A DNA stretch of 64,000 nt, taken from the NCBI RefSeq assembly GCF_009914755.1, contig NC_060926.1, one strand, 5' to 3'. Made by a program: the position numbers and the translations under genes. Below the pieces are notes generated by a model. The model saw only the letters and a program-made list of their open reading frames with translations, did not search any database and had not been told where the DNA came from. This DNA comes from the human T2T-CHM13v2.0 reference genome, Homo sapiens. Positions 1 through 12,209 of this stretch are shown here, in pieces. Position 1 is the stretch's first letter, and every line of letters begins with the position of its first letter.

Positions 1-798
1 AATTATCCTTCTGGACCCGAAATGCTGAAAATTATCATTTCTGGGGAGTCTCTAATCATAGTCTACATTATTTAACTTGTTTTTGTAGTTATGAAGGAGT
101 ACAATGAGCAGACAGCAAGAAGGCTCATATTAAGGTGACATGGAGCTTTCTTAACCATTTGCAACTGATTTCTTGACTTACTATGCTATTGAAACTTTTA
201 ATGATTATCAGATTGTATAGCTTCTTCTCAGTGTTTCTTTTCAGCTGAGTTGTCATTTAAATATTACTTTTTAAATCAATTTGTCATTATTAGATCACCA
301 GGAACTTCCTTTATTTGTTTATAAACTCCCTCTACTCCCATTGCTCATCCCACACCCTCTATGGATGTCTCAGGCATGTCTATGGCTTAGCCTTTACCTC
401 CATGGAGGGGATATCTACATCCATAGGACCAGTAGTTCTTATCTGGAGCCTCCCAAGAGTGAATCTCTCTGCTGAAATGAGTCTTTTTGTAATCTTGTGG
501 GGTACTCACCCAATTTTTTGGTTAGTAAAATGAAAGTTAGGTAAGAACACAGCATGAAGTAACAATTTCCCTCTTCTCCTGCATATCACAGAAAGGAAAT
601 AAGACTTAGAAAAAGAAAGCCACATTAGCTTTCTTTGCAGAAAGCAAGAGCTGCAAGATTGGAGGAAGACAGGGTGGAGAAGTGCAATAACTGGGCAGAA
701 AGGAGTTACCCAAAGAATATCCACTGCTTTCGATTCCATTCTTTCTCAGACATAAATTGCAGGCCTAGCAAGTCCTAATAAGAACTAAAATAAAATAG

Positions 799-1967
799 TG
801 GTGTAGCTTCTGACTGGTGGGTGTCCCCTGTTTTTTTCTTGAGTACAGCTCCTAGAAAATAACAAGTTTCTCTCTAAATTTGAAGTCTATGCTCATATTT
901 GGTCCAAGAGAAACTCCTTTGCTTAATGATTTAAACAAACAATCATAAGGATTCTATATCCACTTTCTCCTTCACAAGCTTGCCTGTGTGACTGAGGCAT
1001 CTTTCTTGATTATGGTGAATTCTTTAACACACAGATGACCAATTAGCAACTCTCATATTTAGATAAAAATGACTTACATAGTTAAGAATTTTCAATTAGA
1101 ATTTTAAATTGGGATATGCATTCTTCAGTTAGCCACAAGTAATATTTCTCCCTATTAATTTCACACATTTCACCTATTGATTTCACGATTTCTATTGCCT
1201 TTCTAATCCCTGAAGGCATTTGAACTGTTTGACTTAGGTTAAGTAAAACAGTCTTCAGAAAAGGACAGAACAGAATGTAACTGTTATCTGTTGTTTTATC
1301 TTATTCTAACTTATCAGCCTTGCTCCTTCATCTAAGCTAGGGAGCACATTTTAGCTACTCTTGATTATATGTAATTTGAATACTTATATTCCATTTTATT
1401 TCAACATTTATTTGGTGTAATCCTTCTTCTCTCAAAGATACAGTAAACTCAAACAAAGATTTTACACCACCATTTTCTTTCTTTCTTTGTCTTTGATCAT
1501 CAAAAACACAAGATTAAATTTCTTTTCCCCAGGATGCCTTGAGAATGTTTCAAGATAAAACATTATTGTTAGAAAATTTATTATTTATTTTTCTCTGAAA
1601 TAGCTTCAATGCTTATCAAATAAGTTCAAGTCATAAAATAGTTCCTGATGTTTATCAGTTGTTAGAACACAATTTGCCACACTCTTATGGTGTTAGTGGC
1701 CTTTTTGACCTGAGGCCACTCTTTATTTTGAACATTTTATTTCCTGGAGAGACTGTGGATGAAAAACAGTTTCGTTATTTTAGAACCCAAAACATCCTGG
1801 TTTCTATCTATTTCCTATAAATTCCGATTGAAAGCAAACTAAATAGTTTTTCTTCTTCTTTTCTTTTTTTAAGTAACTTCTTATACATAGTTGTCATATG
1901 TTGTTATTTTCTAGGAGCTGCACTCAAGAAGAAAACAGGGGACACCCACCAGTTAGAAGCTACACCA
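799..1967. repeat. 67-bp inverted repeat pair (arms 799-865 and 1901-1967), 64/67 identical, 1035-bp spacer
   Basis: TGGTGTAGCTTCTGACTGGTGGGTGTCCCCTG...GAAAATAACAA at 799-865 is the reverse complement of 1901-1967 with 3 transitions. Confidence 0.95.
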
Positions 1968-2750
1968 TTTGGCATGTTTGACATTCTGCCTGGGAAATTC
2001 CTCAACTAGATCCATAAGTTCATCAGATATATTTTATATTGTCCACACTCTGCAGGTTATAGTTTTTCTAAGCCTTTTGTCATTATGTAACATGGGTCAT
2101 CTTTTTTTTTTCAGCCTTTTTTTTTTCAGACAAATTCCTCACTGCCTTTAAGCTCTTACTATCAGTCTTCTCAAGAGCTTTCTAACTTCTGACGGCTGGT
2201 GGTCACATAGTCAATGCCATGTTGTTTTAATTTTGTGTTATGGCAGTGTCCCACTTCCAGGTGTCAAATTCCATTCTAGTACTCTTTCTCTACTTAATCG
2301 CTAGCTTGATAACAAACCATCTCAAACACGGTAGCTTTAAACAACATCTGTTTTACTATAGCTCACTGTTTTGTGGGTAGGAATTTGGGCAGTCTTGCTT
2401 GGGTGATTATTCTGTTCCACATGGCATCAACAGTTGTCACATGTTAATATTCAACTGGCAAATGTACTGGCTTGGAGGGTGTGGAAACTTGGCAGGACAG
2501 ATGAAAGACTGGGCTCAGCTGGGACAGTCAAACCAAAGACCTACATGTGACATCTTCAGCATTGTCGTTTCAAGGCTTACATGGCAGTCCAAGAGCAAGT
2601 GTTCCAGAGAACAAAGTGGAGGCTTTGCGGCCTTTTATCATCTATCTGCAAAAGTCACAAAGCATTATTATTATTATTTGCCATTTTAGGTTGGCTGAAG
2701 CAGTTGCAAGCCAACCCAGATTCAAAGAGGTGTCAATTAGAGGTATATTA
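1968..2750 (-). mobile_element. ERVL-MaLR: MLT1 internal fragment (~1968-2270) joined to an MLT1F/G/H-like LTR (~2270-2750)
   Basis: MLT int/LTR junction-like motif (GTTATGGCAG..CCCACTTCCAGGTGTCAAATT), then ATAACAAACCATCTCAAA..TTAAACAAC..GGAATTTGGGCAG typical of MLT1 LTR antisense. Confidence 0.7.
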
Positions 2751-3150
2751 CAGAATTTGAACTTCTGTATTAACACTGCTATGGCATACAACAAGATTTT
2801 AGAATTTTGCTTAGCCATAAGCACCAAAAATGGACAACAAATCCCATTTAAAGCTTATACTAAATCAAAATCTGTGCTATATAATTCTGTGAGTGGGATC
2901 ATTTTATTAAGAGGAGGTAGCAATTCTCAGACAATGATTACAGAAAAGTGCTTAGGTTGTTAATCATATATAAATGTAGTGTTATCATTAGCATGAATAT
3001 TAATTTGATGATACAAAAATAATATTTCTATTATCACCAATGGATAAAACTCTTCAGTATAGACTATATGAACCACCTGCACATATACATAGAGTACTAC
3101 TTTTTTGATAGTATTGTTTGTGGCATTCATGCATCTAGCAGAAAAACACT

Positions 3151-3314
3151 TAAAGGATACCCATCACCCATCACCTAGGACATTTGTCATTTGTATCTGT
3201 TGGGACCATTCCAATTTGCCTCTTCTGTCTATTTTGGAACACACAATACATTGTTGTTAGCTATACTCACCCTACTCTGCTATCAAACATTAAACTTTTT
3301 CCTTCTGTCTAACT
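3151..3314 (-). mobile_element. L1MA-type 3'UTR fragment
   Basis: CTCACCCTACTCTGCTATCAAAC motif; inverted homologue of 4080-4250. Confidence 0.8.
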
Positions 3315-3455
3315 CATGTTGGAGTTTATTTACATAGACATGTTGGAGTTTATTTATATAGACATTATAAAGTGTATAGTATCCAAAAATATATAAAACA
3401 TCTGCTCTTCACATCAATCTACTGACAAAGATAATGAAAATAAAAATCAAGTTTC

Positions 3456-3720
3456 GAAGGCAGGTGGATCACTTGAGCCCAGGAGTTCAAGACCAGCCTG
3501 GGCAACAAAGTGAAACCCCATCTCTATAAAAATTTAAAGAATTTAACTGGGTAGTATCTGTGCCTGTAGTCCCAGCTACTAGGGAGGCTGAGGCAGGAGG
3601 ATACCATGAGCCCAGGAGTTCAAGGCTGCAGTGAGCTGCGATCCTGTCACTGCGCTCCAGCCTGGGCAACAAAGCATTTATTTTTAAACTTTGCTTAAAA
3701 ATAAATAAATAAAAAATAAA
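3456..3720 (+). mobile_element. 5'-truncated AluJ-like SINE
   Basis: GGATCACTTGAGCCCAGGAGTTCAAGACCAGCCTGGGCAAC; right arm GAGTTCAAGGCTGCAGTGAGC (J-type); A-rich tail. Confidence 0.9.
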
Positions 3721-3816
3721 GTTTCTATTTGCAAGGCATTGAAAAATACATGTCAGAATGAGGGCACTGGATAATATGGATCTCTAATCTTTGAAAACAC
3801 AAATTGCAGCTGTGAT

Positions 3817-4350
3817 GAAAATACATTCACCAAAAAAAGTCCTGGCATCACATTTGCAGCAACATGAATGGAACTGCAGGTGGTTATGTTAAGTGATATA
3901 AGCCAGACATGGAATGACAAATATCACATGTTCTCACTCATATGTGGAAACTAAAAAAAAAAAAAAAAAAAAAAAAGTCTATCTCATGGAGGTAGAGAAT
4001 AGAATGATAGTTTTGAGGCTGGGAAGGGTGTGTGTGTGGAGAGGGAAGAATGAAGAGAGTCTAGCTGATGGGCGTGAACATACAGTTAGATAAAATGGAA
4101 AAAGTTTAACGTTTGATAGCAGAGTAGGGTGATTATAGCTAACAACATTGTGTATTATGTATTTCAAAATAGCTAGAAGAGAGGACTTGGAATGGTCCCA
4201 AAAGGTAGAAATGATAAATGTCCTATGTGATGGGTGGTGAATATCCTTAAATACCCTGAGTTGATCACTGCATATTCTATGCATGTAACAAAATATCACA
4301 TGTATCCCATAAATATGTACACATATTATGTATCAATAAAAATTTAAAAA
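3817..4350 (+). mobile_element. L1MA-type 3' end with an expanded internal A-run (3953-3976)
   Basis: GCAGCAACATGAATGGAACT, CACATGTTCTCACTCATATGTGG, ending ATGTATCAATAAAAA. Confidence 0.85.
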
Positions 4351-4393
4351 AGAAGTTCTGACATTAAGACAGAGTAGGGTAAGGGGAGAACAA

Positions 4394-4679
4394 TTTTTTT
4401 TTTTTTGAGACTCGCTCTGTCACCCAGGCTGGAGTGCAGGGGCTCCATCTCAACTCACTGCCCTCCTTGGTTCAAGCGATTCTCCTTTCTCAGCCTCCCA
4501 GGTAGCTGGGATTACAGGAACCTGCCACCACGCCCAGCTAATTTTTGTATTTTTTTTTTAGTACTGACGGGGTTTCACCATGTTGGCCGGGCTGGTCCCA
4601 AACTCCTGACCTCAAGTGATCTGCCTGCCTCGGCCTCTCAAAGTGCTGGGATTATAGGCTTGCGCTACTGTGCCCAGCT
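4394..4679 (-). mobile_element. AluS-like SINE with TSD
   Basis: Antisense Alu dimer; flanks GAGAACAATTTTT (4386) / GAGAGCAATTTTT (4680). Confidence 0.92.
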
Positions 4680-5349
4680 GAGAGCAATTTTTAAAAGATA
4701 AGTATATGAGTTTTCATTCTGTTTCATACTTACTGAGCTATTTTTACCAAAGTATCAAAATGTAACAAAAATCAACTCTCTGATTTCATATCATTTTACA
4801 GAATTAAGATAAAATCTAATCTCAATCCAGGGAACAAGATTAATAATTGTAGATTTTGGATTTTTTTTTTTTTTTGCTATAAACAAACAAACTAATTATA
4901 ACAGGCTTTATCCTTAATAAAGTTAGTTAGGTCCAAGAGAAATAAAAATGTGAGAAAGCAAGAATTTCAGTGGAAGTCAAATTGTTATACAACACTCTAC
5001 TTCTTTGAATTATTGGCATTTATGTTCTTAGAAGAGTCATCTCCATGATACAGGCGTCAGTGAGAATGTTAAAATATTTTTGAGGCCTAGGGAAAATGTA
5101 TGCCAATTAATTAACTTGTTTTTATCTGTGATTCTCTCATATGTTAAATTTAATAAGTTAAATAATTACATAAAGCAAGCTTCTCAAAAATAGAAGCCTC
5201 CTTTTTAAAGAAGGGAAATAAAAATACAGAACTTAGGTTAAAGTTAACTTAGCATCTAAATAAAGCACAAAAATTTAATCATATAAAACATTAGTATTAT
5301 TGTACCAAGGATGTGGTGGAAGAGAATATTTTAAAATAGATTTTAATAC

Positions 5350-5470
5350 ACTTGGGTGGGACTTCTGCTGTTAATTTGCTGTATGACTCTAGGTAGCTCA
5401 CATAAACTCTCTGGTTTCCCTCTCCACAAAATGAGGAGTTTTAGCTATTTAAAGTTAAACAACATCTTCA
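5350..5470 (+). mobile_element. MIR fragment
   Basis: TTTGCTGTATGACTCTAGGTAGCTCACATAAACTCTCTG..CACAAAATGAGG resembles the MIR core. Confidence 0.55.
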
Positions 5471-5971
5471 CGATATAAATATTTTATTTTTTTATTTTAT
5501 CACAGGGAAAATTTAAAATCAGGCATCAATATGAATATGCAGAGTGGTTTTATGAGCTGTCTTTTAAAATGGAATAGGGCAAAAATCAAATATATTAGGC
5601 TTGTTGATGTTTCTCAGATTTCCTGTCATTTTAACAGACTAACTGGTCACTCATCAAGATGAAAATCACATTAATAGAAAACTATTGTTCCTTACAAAAA
5701 TGTGTTTGAGAAGCTTTGTATCATTTTAATGGGTCTCAAATTAACCTACCTATTCTGTCAAGGATATGAGATAGCTCCATGACTAATATTTTATTCTTTG
5801 TGAATATTTCCTTCCCAAGTTCTACCACAGTTAATATCTAATGTCTAAAATTTTTTCAAACATTGCCTTGCAGTCCTTCTTAAATAATTTCACTGAAAAC
5901 GTGTGCCTTATTTATCTGTATCAGAATTAAATCACCGTGATTACAAATTCCTTAATAGCAAAGGTCAAAAG

Positions 5972-6159
5972 AGAAGTTAAAATATTTTCCTTGTATTTTT
6001 AAAACTCAGAAGTTAACATATTGTCCTTGTATTATTAAAACTCAAAAGAGAACTTAAAATATTGTCCTTGTATTATTAAAACTCATAGTCCTTCATAAGG
6101 ACTATGAATATATGAAAATACAAAAATATTCAGTAGGAAAATACAAAAATATTCAGTAG
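5972..6159. repeat. 3 x 36-bp tandem repeat, then an 11-bp hairpin, then an exact 2 x 23-bp duplication
   Basis: AGAAGTTAA(A/C)ATATT(T/G)TCCTTGTATT(T/A)TTAAAACTC at 5972, 6008, 6049; TCATAGTCCTT-CAT-AAGGACTATGA 6083-6107; GAAAATACAAAAATATTCAGTAG at 6114 and 6137. Confidence 0.9.
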
Positions 6160-6169
6160 TAGCTACTTT

Positions 6170-6990
6170 ATTCAATAAATCAGTCAGTCCATTGTGAACC
6201 AATATTTAGAGTGTCTACCATGGGTGGGGCACTGATCTACATACCTGGGGCACAAGGAGGATTACTGTGCTTGAGGATATTATTTTCTAGTAGAAGGAGA
6301 CAAGCAATAAATAACTAACAGAATTTATGGGTGTATTACATAGCATGTTAAGATGATTAGAAAAAAGAAAGTGCACAGCAAACAGTGTGTTCGGGAGTGC
6401 TGGGGGACAGAATGAGGAAGTCCATTGCAGATTTAAATGGGGTGGTCAAGGAGGGCTTCATTGAGGAGACATCTGAGCAAACATTTCAGAGGTCAGAGAA
6501 CTAGTCATGAGGGCATCGCAGGGAGATGCATGCCCAGTGGGGAGAGCAGTTCTTGCAATGGCCCTATAGCAGGAGTGCCTAGTTTGTTGGAGGAACAGCA
6601 AGAGGGACATTGGGGCTGGAGCAGAGCAAAGCAAGGTGGAGAGTTGTATGAGAAAGGGCCAGAGAGAGAACAGGGAGTGACAGCTTTGCAGTCTACCGTA
6701 AAGACCTTGGTGTTTATTCCGAGTGAAATATGGAGCCTTTGAAAAATTTTGAGCAGAGAGTGAATAAGATTCGACTTATATTTGAAAGGGATCACTCTGT
6801 TGGTCATATTCATAATAGACTGAATGGGAAGGCACGAGCAGAACCAGGGAGAGCAGTTAGAAGGCAATTGCAATAATTCAGGGACAAAGTGATGGTGGCT
6901 TAGACCATTATGGTGGCATAGAAGTGGTGAGAAATAGTCAGATTTTAAACATGCTTTGAAAGTAGAACCAAAGGATGGTTGTGTTTGCTT
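6170..6990 (-). mobile_element. L2 LINE fragment
   Basis: GGGGTGGTCAAGGAGGGCTTCATTGAGGAG..CATCTGAGC, GGAGCCTTTGAAAAATTTTGAGCAG, GATCACTCTG typical of antisense L2. Confidence 0.8.
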
Positions 6991-8099
6991 CCTGGGAAGG
7001 GTTGAGCTTATAACAAGCGTCTTGGTTGTGAATTGAATTCTGTTGATATAGTTGAAATTCTGAGGGCTTGAGCCTCCTCACCTTTTCCAATGATGAAGAG
7101 AGAATGCCTAGGGTAGCCATCTTAGTTCAGTGTGGGCTCATGTTTGACCCTCATTAAGGATGGGAAGAATTTGTTCCAAATATGTGGGCTTCATTTTGCA
7201 TCCTGTTGATGGATGTTCTTTATCATAATAAGAAATGTGTATTTCATGAAATCAAAAGTTCCTTTGGTGAAGGAAGTCTGTTATAGTCTTCAAAAACATA
7301 ATTATCAAAATGGTTTGTTTACTATAACATTTAGAGTCAGTGTAAAAGATCAATGAATGAAGTGGCTTCTAGAGACGGACATGACAGTTGCAAATCTCCG
7401 TGCTGCTACGTAACTAGTTTATCTTATTTACTTTATTAACCCTATCTTATAGCATTGTCAGCAATAAAGAAATTTACATATCTGAATAACTTGGAACTTT
7501 CTACATAATAGTAAGTACTATAAAAGTATATGTGAATGCTATTATTTCTTTTGTAATGAAATGTCATGTTACAGTCTATGGCTGCCTTTGAATACCTGTC
7601 ATCATTTCTTTTCTTTTTTTTTCTTTTTTTTGTAGCTGCAGATGGAGACCAGTTCCTCCCATCTTTTTAAAATTATACTCTAAGTTCATTTCTTCTCCAA
7701 ACTCTTCATTAGACCCTTAGCTAATTCCTTACCTATGAAGACAGTTAATAACCATCGTCTGTTCTCTGCATGTACTATTAATCCAGAAAAACCTGGTTAC
7801 TCTGTGGCTTCGTCCAGTTGCTCCACAAGAATTACTTCTACGTCAATGGGGGCATAGTCCATGTTATCTAACAGCTTCCATCTACCTATTGATGTTCCAG
7901 TTGGAGGTCTCAAAATTATTCAAAACATATTTTAAACTAATTTTAGGGATTTTTGTCATTAGCAATTTGGCACACTAAAGGTTATGAAAGGTTCCTGTTA
8001 CATAACATCAAAACATGCTTAATAAAAATATTTTTTAAACTGCCATTTTAAATACATTCATGAGCTTGCCAGAAATCTGCTAGATGCTAGATAAAGCCC

Positions 8100-10285
8100 A
8101 CACACTTAGAATAGTTTCACTTCTCTCCAAATAGAGGTCAAGAATTCTCCAAACATTGAAGAAATACCCATTTTAATCTTACACAATATCTTCCAGAGAA
8201 TAGAAGAAGAGGAAATACTCCCTAATATATTTATTAGCCTGCAAAACCTTGATACCAAAACCTGAAAATAAGAATGAGAAAGTAATGCTATAATTCAATA
8301 TCATCCAAGAATAGAGATTCAAAAACCCTAGAATAAAGAACTGGATTCAGCACTGAATAAAAAAATCACATGACTTCATGAAGTAAAGTTTATTCTAAAA
8401 ACAAAAAGTAGGCTTGTATAGATTGTATAGATTGTTGTATAGATTTATAGATTGTATAAACCATGCAATTTCCATAGGTACCAATAAGTGGAGTAAACCA
8501 CATGATCATTTTGCAAGATGTAAAAAGTTTTTGACAAAACTAATATTCATTTATGATGAAAACTCTTAGCAAACTAGAAATAGAAGGAAATTCATTAATA
8601 TGATGAAAAGAATCTAAAAAAATCAAAATTCAGTGTGTTAATGTAAAACATTGAAAGCTTTTTCTCTGAAATCAGGACAAGACAAGGAAGTCAGCTACCT
8701 CGACTTTCCACTTCTGTTCAATCTCGTGCGAGCAATCTTGGCCATACATTAAGATTTTTAAAAAAGAAATAAAAAGTGTAAGAATTAGAAAGGTACAAGC
8801 CCATCATTATTTCCAGATAACATGATTTTTGTACATAAAACAAAATACAAAATATTTAACATGATTTTGTACCTAAAACAAAATACAAAAGAATGTGAAA
8901 ATAGAATATTGGATTCTATAAGACAGTTTTACAAAGCAACTGGGTACAAAATCCACTTATAAAAATTTGTTGCATATGGTATATTTTTATGTACCAGCAA
9001 CAGAGAGTTAAAAAACACATTTTTAAAAAAGATAACATTAAAAATGGTACCTATGGTATTGCATATTTCAAAAGTGCTGTAAGAACAGACTTGAAATATT
9101 CCCACTACAAAAAAATGGTAAATATGAGAGGTGATGAATATGTTAATTACTTGATATAATTTTTCTACAATGTATACAAATATCAAAACATCACATTGTG
9201 CTCCATAAATGTATACAGTTATTATTTTCAATTAAACATAATGGTTTAAATAAAAAACAAATCTAAGAGCAGATGTGCAAGGTAACTAATATCCAGAATA
9301 CACTCAATACAAAATGATAAGAAAAAGACAGGCAACCTATCATAAGAATAAGCAAAGATTTGAGTGAATCTTTCAAGAAAGAGAAAATCCAAATGGCTCA
9401 TAAACATAAGAGAAGGTTGCTCATTTTACTAATGATTAGAAAAATGTAAATTAAAATCATGTACCAGTTATAGAAAAATTGTAAATTCTGATAATACCGT
9501 GTGTTGGTGGGGATGTGCGGCAAAGGTACCTCTCACACAGTGTTGGTATGAATGAACTTGGTACAACCACAACGTGAAAGAGTTTGCTTTCTCCAGAAAA
9601 GTTGAAAATGTGTATAATCTATAACCAATTTTAATCCTAGAGAAAGTTCTGTACAAGTGCACCAAGAAAAATATATTGAAGTGTTTATAATAGTCCCAAG
9701 CTGAAAACAACCAACTTATCTATCAACTATACACCAGATAAATAATTTGTGGTACATTCATACAATAGAATACTATATGGCAATGGAAATAAAACTACAG
9801 CTGCACATTAACATAGATTAATCTCACGAACAAATGTTGGTCAAAGGTAGCAAGTTACAAAGGAAAACGTGTAGTCAGAATTTATAAACAAATTTCAAAA
9901 TCAGGAAGAATTAAACTGTGTTGTTTAGTGATGAATTTAGTGATGGTAAAACTATCAAGAAAAGCAAAGGAATTAGTAGAAGTTAGGATAGTGGTTACTT
10001 GCGTAGGATAGGAAATGGGATGTGACCTAGGAGAGATGTGAAGTTGGGGGTGACTTCTAAGTATTGGTGATGTCCTGTTTCTTAACTTAGGTAAGGATGG
10101 CAGGGAATTATGTTAATGATTGTTATTGTGTGAATCTATCGATCCAGCCATCCATTATGTCCTTCCATTCTTGCATCCCTCCATCCCTCCATCCCTCCAT
10201 CCGTCAGTTCATCTATCCACCAATTCATCCATTTATCCATTTATGTATCTCTTTCTGGATATATTTCACGATTAAGAAAAGTTAA
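8100..10285 (+). mobile_element. Old L1M (ORF2 and 3'UTR relic) with a younger L1MA/MB 3' fragment at ~9055-9260 and a (TCCA)n-like tract at 10145-10245
   Basis: Degenerate ORF2 motifs (TTCCAGAGAATAGAAGAAGAGG, GATACCAAAACC, CTCTTAGCAAACTAGAAATAGAAGGAAA, ATAGAATACTAT). Confidence 0.8.
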
Positions 10286-10699
10286 AAAATTATTATGATT
10301 AAAATGCCTGCGTGCTACATGTGCTTATAAGCTCGTTAGGAAAACTTTTCTAGGATACCAGCTTATTCACTGGCTTCTGAGTATTCCATATCAATAATAC
10401 CCCACCTGGGTGACTAAATCTTTCAGAAGAAAAAATGCATTTAAAGAGATGTAATATAGTATTTGAAAAGATAATCTTCAAAGATGAAGTTCATGCCAAA
10501 ATACTAATTATTATTTTACTTTGAAAGTAATTACAGCAGTCTGTCGTTACTCTTTTCTCATAGAAAATAAAGGCAAATTAGAAAATACATATTTATAATT
10601 AAAAATAATTAATCTTTTATTAATAAAGCATTTCTTTGTCTTTGTCACTTTCCCCAGATATTTAAAGCTAACACATGTTATTTTTGTTTCTTTTGCTAG

Positions 10700-10863
10700 C
10701 TATGCTATTAGGATTTAATTAAATGGATGCCAACAGCAAGTAAACCATCTCCAAAGATGCCATGAAGCTCTCCTAATTGCAGGAAAATATCAGAGGCACT
10801 TGATTTGAGTCTTTCAAGTACGGAAATAACAAATTCAGTCTCAACAGACCTATAGTGAATGAG
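10700..10863 (+). other. Candidate internal exon of a non-coding or UTR transcript (164 nt)
   Basis: Pyrimidine tract TTTTTGTTTCTTTTGCTAG| acceptor and GAG|GTGAGT consensus donor in non-repeat sequence; stops in all three + frames. Confidence 0.4.
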
Positions 10864-12209
10864 GTGAGTCATTTTTTTTTTTTTAAACTGAAAAGCTCTG
10901 TTTTCAGAAAAATTTGGAGTGGCAAAGAGTTTCAATTGATCCAAGGAAGATAGTACTTTTATTCCCCCAAAGCATCTCTCTTAAACTGTCAGGCTTTGAC
11001 ATAGATGCTTATTATTAGATCACTTCTACAAATAGTGTAGACATTGACTATAATAAAATGTAATATTTGGCTTCCTATAAATTATATTCAAGAGTTTAGT
11101 GGTATACCTGGTATTTTTTAGAGGTGATCTCCAATGATTTTGGGACTCAATCCTTCAATTGGAATTCATGTGAAATTCTACTTTTCGTTTCTTGTACAAA
11201 ATATATTTTAAAAATCCTTCATTTAAAAAGATAAATGCAGTGTGAAAGGAACTAAACAAATCTGAGGTTGGTTTGGTAATAGATGCACAAGTGCTTCTCA
11301 TTTTAAGTAGATTTTTGTACGTCATGCATTTTGAATAACAAGTTGTGGACCACTGGGCCAGCAGACATTAGAAAAGAAATCCAAATGGAATTAGATGTAT
11401 TCATTGTTTGTGAGTACCTCCCAAAGGAATGGAAAAGGCACAGACCTTGCAGACACAGAATGGATAAGACAATAGGATAAGGACACCAAGGCAGCAGGAA
11501 TGATTCTAGGAGTGTATGCCAGAGATCCCCTTAGAGGGCAGTGTAGGGCACAATGCCACATAAGGCTTTACACTGTCTCAAGTGAGGGCGTGACAATGGA
11601 CATGGGTTCAGCACATTACTGTTTATATTTTTCCTACACAATCAGCTCTTCAGTCATCAGGGAAAACTACATTGTATTTTCCATTTGGGGAAGAAACTTA
11701 CATTTTTGGCTAAAAGGAACATTTTCATTTTTAAAGTTGATTCATCTGCTAATTTGGCAAATAGTGATGCAACAGAGAAGACATATTTGTTGTGTGTAAG
11801 TGTGTGAGAGAATTGGTACGCAGGAAGTGGGTTCCATTAATGCAGCAGCTATCATTAAATAAGTAATTTTAAAAATACAAATTTCAAATACTAGAAAGGA
11901 AACCAATTTGATAGTCATAAATCAGAAGCAGTCATATCTAGTGCTGAGTGAGATGCTGAGGGTGATGCCAAAACCAGAGTGACCCAAGGTGAATTTTATC
12001 AGTTCTTTATAATAGACTATTAAAATAGAGACCATGGCATTTTAAAGACACTATGACTCTTTAAATCCAAAATAAACACAAGAATTATGTTTGAAATTAC
12101 AAATTTATGCTCACCTTCATATCTCAGACATATTTTAGATGAACATAATGAGGTTAAAGATTCTGGATTATATCAGCATAAAGAAAAATCATCTTTTTCT
12201 CAATTTTGT

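Noticed and set aside
359-426. 10-bp stem CTATGGATGT/ACATCCATAG as a pre-miRNA
   Set aside because: The stem does not extend and the interior pairs poorly.
245-540. Possible + exon (TTTCTTTTCAG| ... AG|GTAAGA)
   Set aside because: Splice-like motifs only, long for an internal exon and no recognisable product; expected by chance at this window size.
2399-2963. Overlapping 96-aa and 138-aa ORFs
   Set aside because: They lie mostly within an MLT1 LTR and show no protein-like motifs.
4405-4701. Alu-derived ORFs (also 3487-3672, 20531-20734, 22580-23013, 57148-57381)
   Set aside because: Typical open frames of Alu sequence; no evidence of exonisation.
5972-6084. CRISPR-like array of 36-bp repeats
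   Set aside because: Units are directly adjacent with no unique spacers, there are no cas genes, and the context is eukaryotic.
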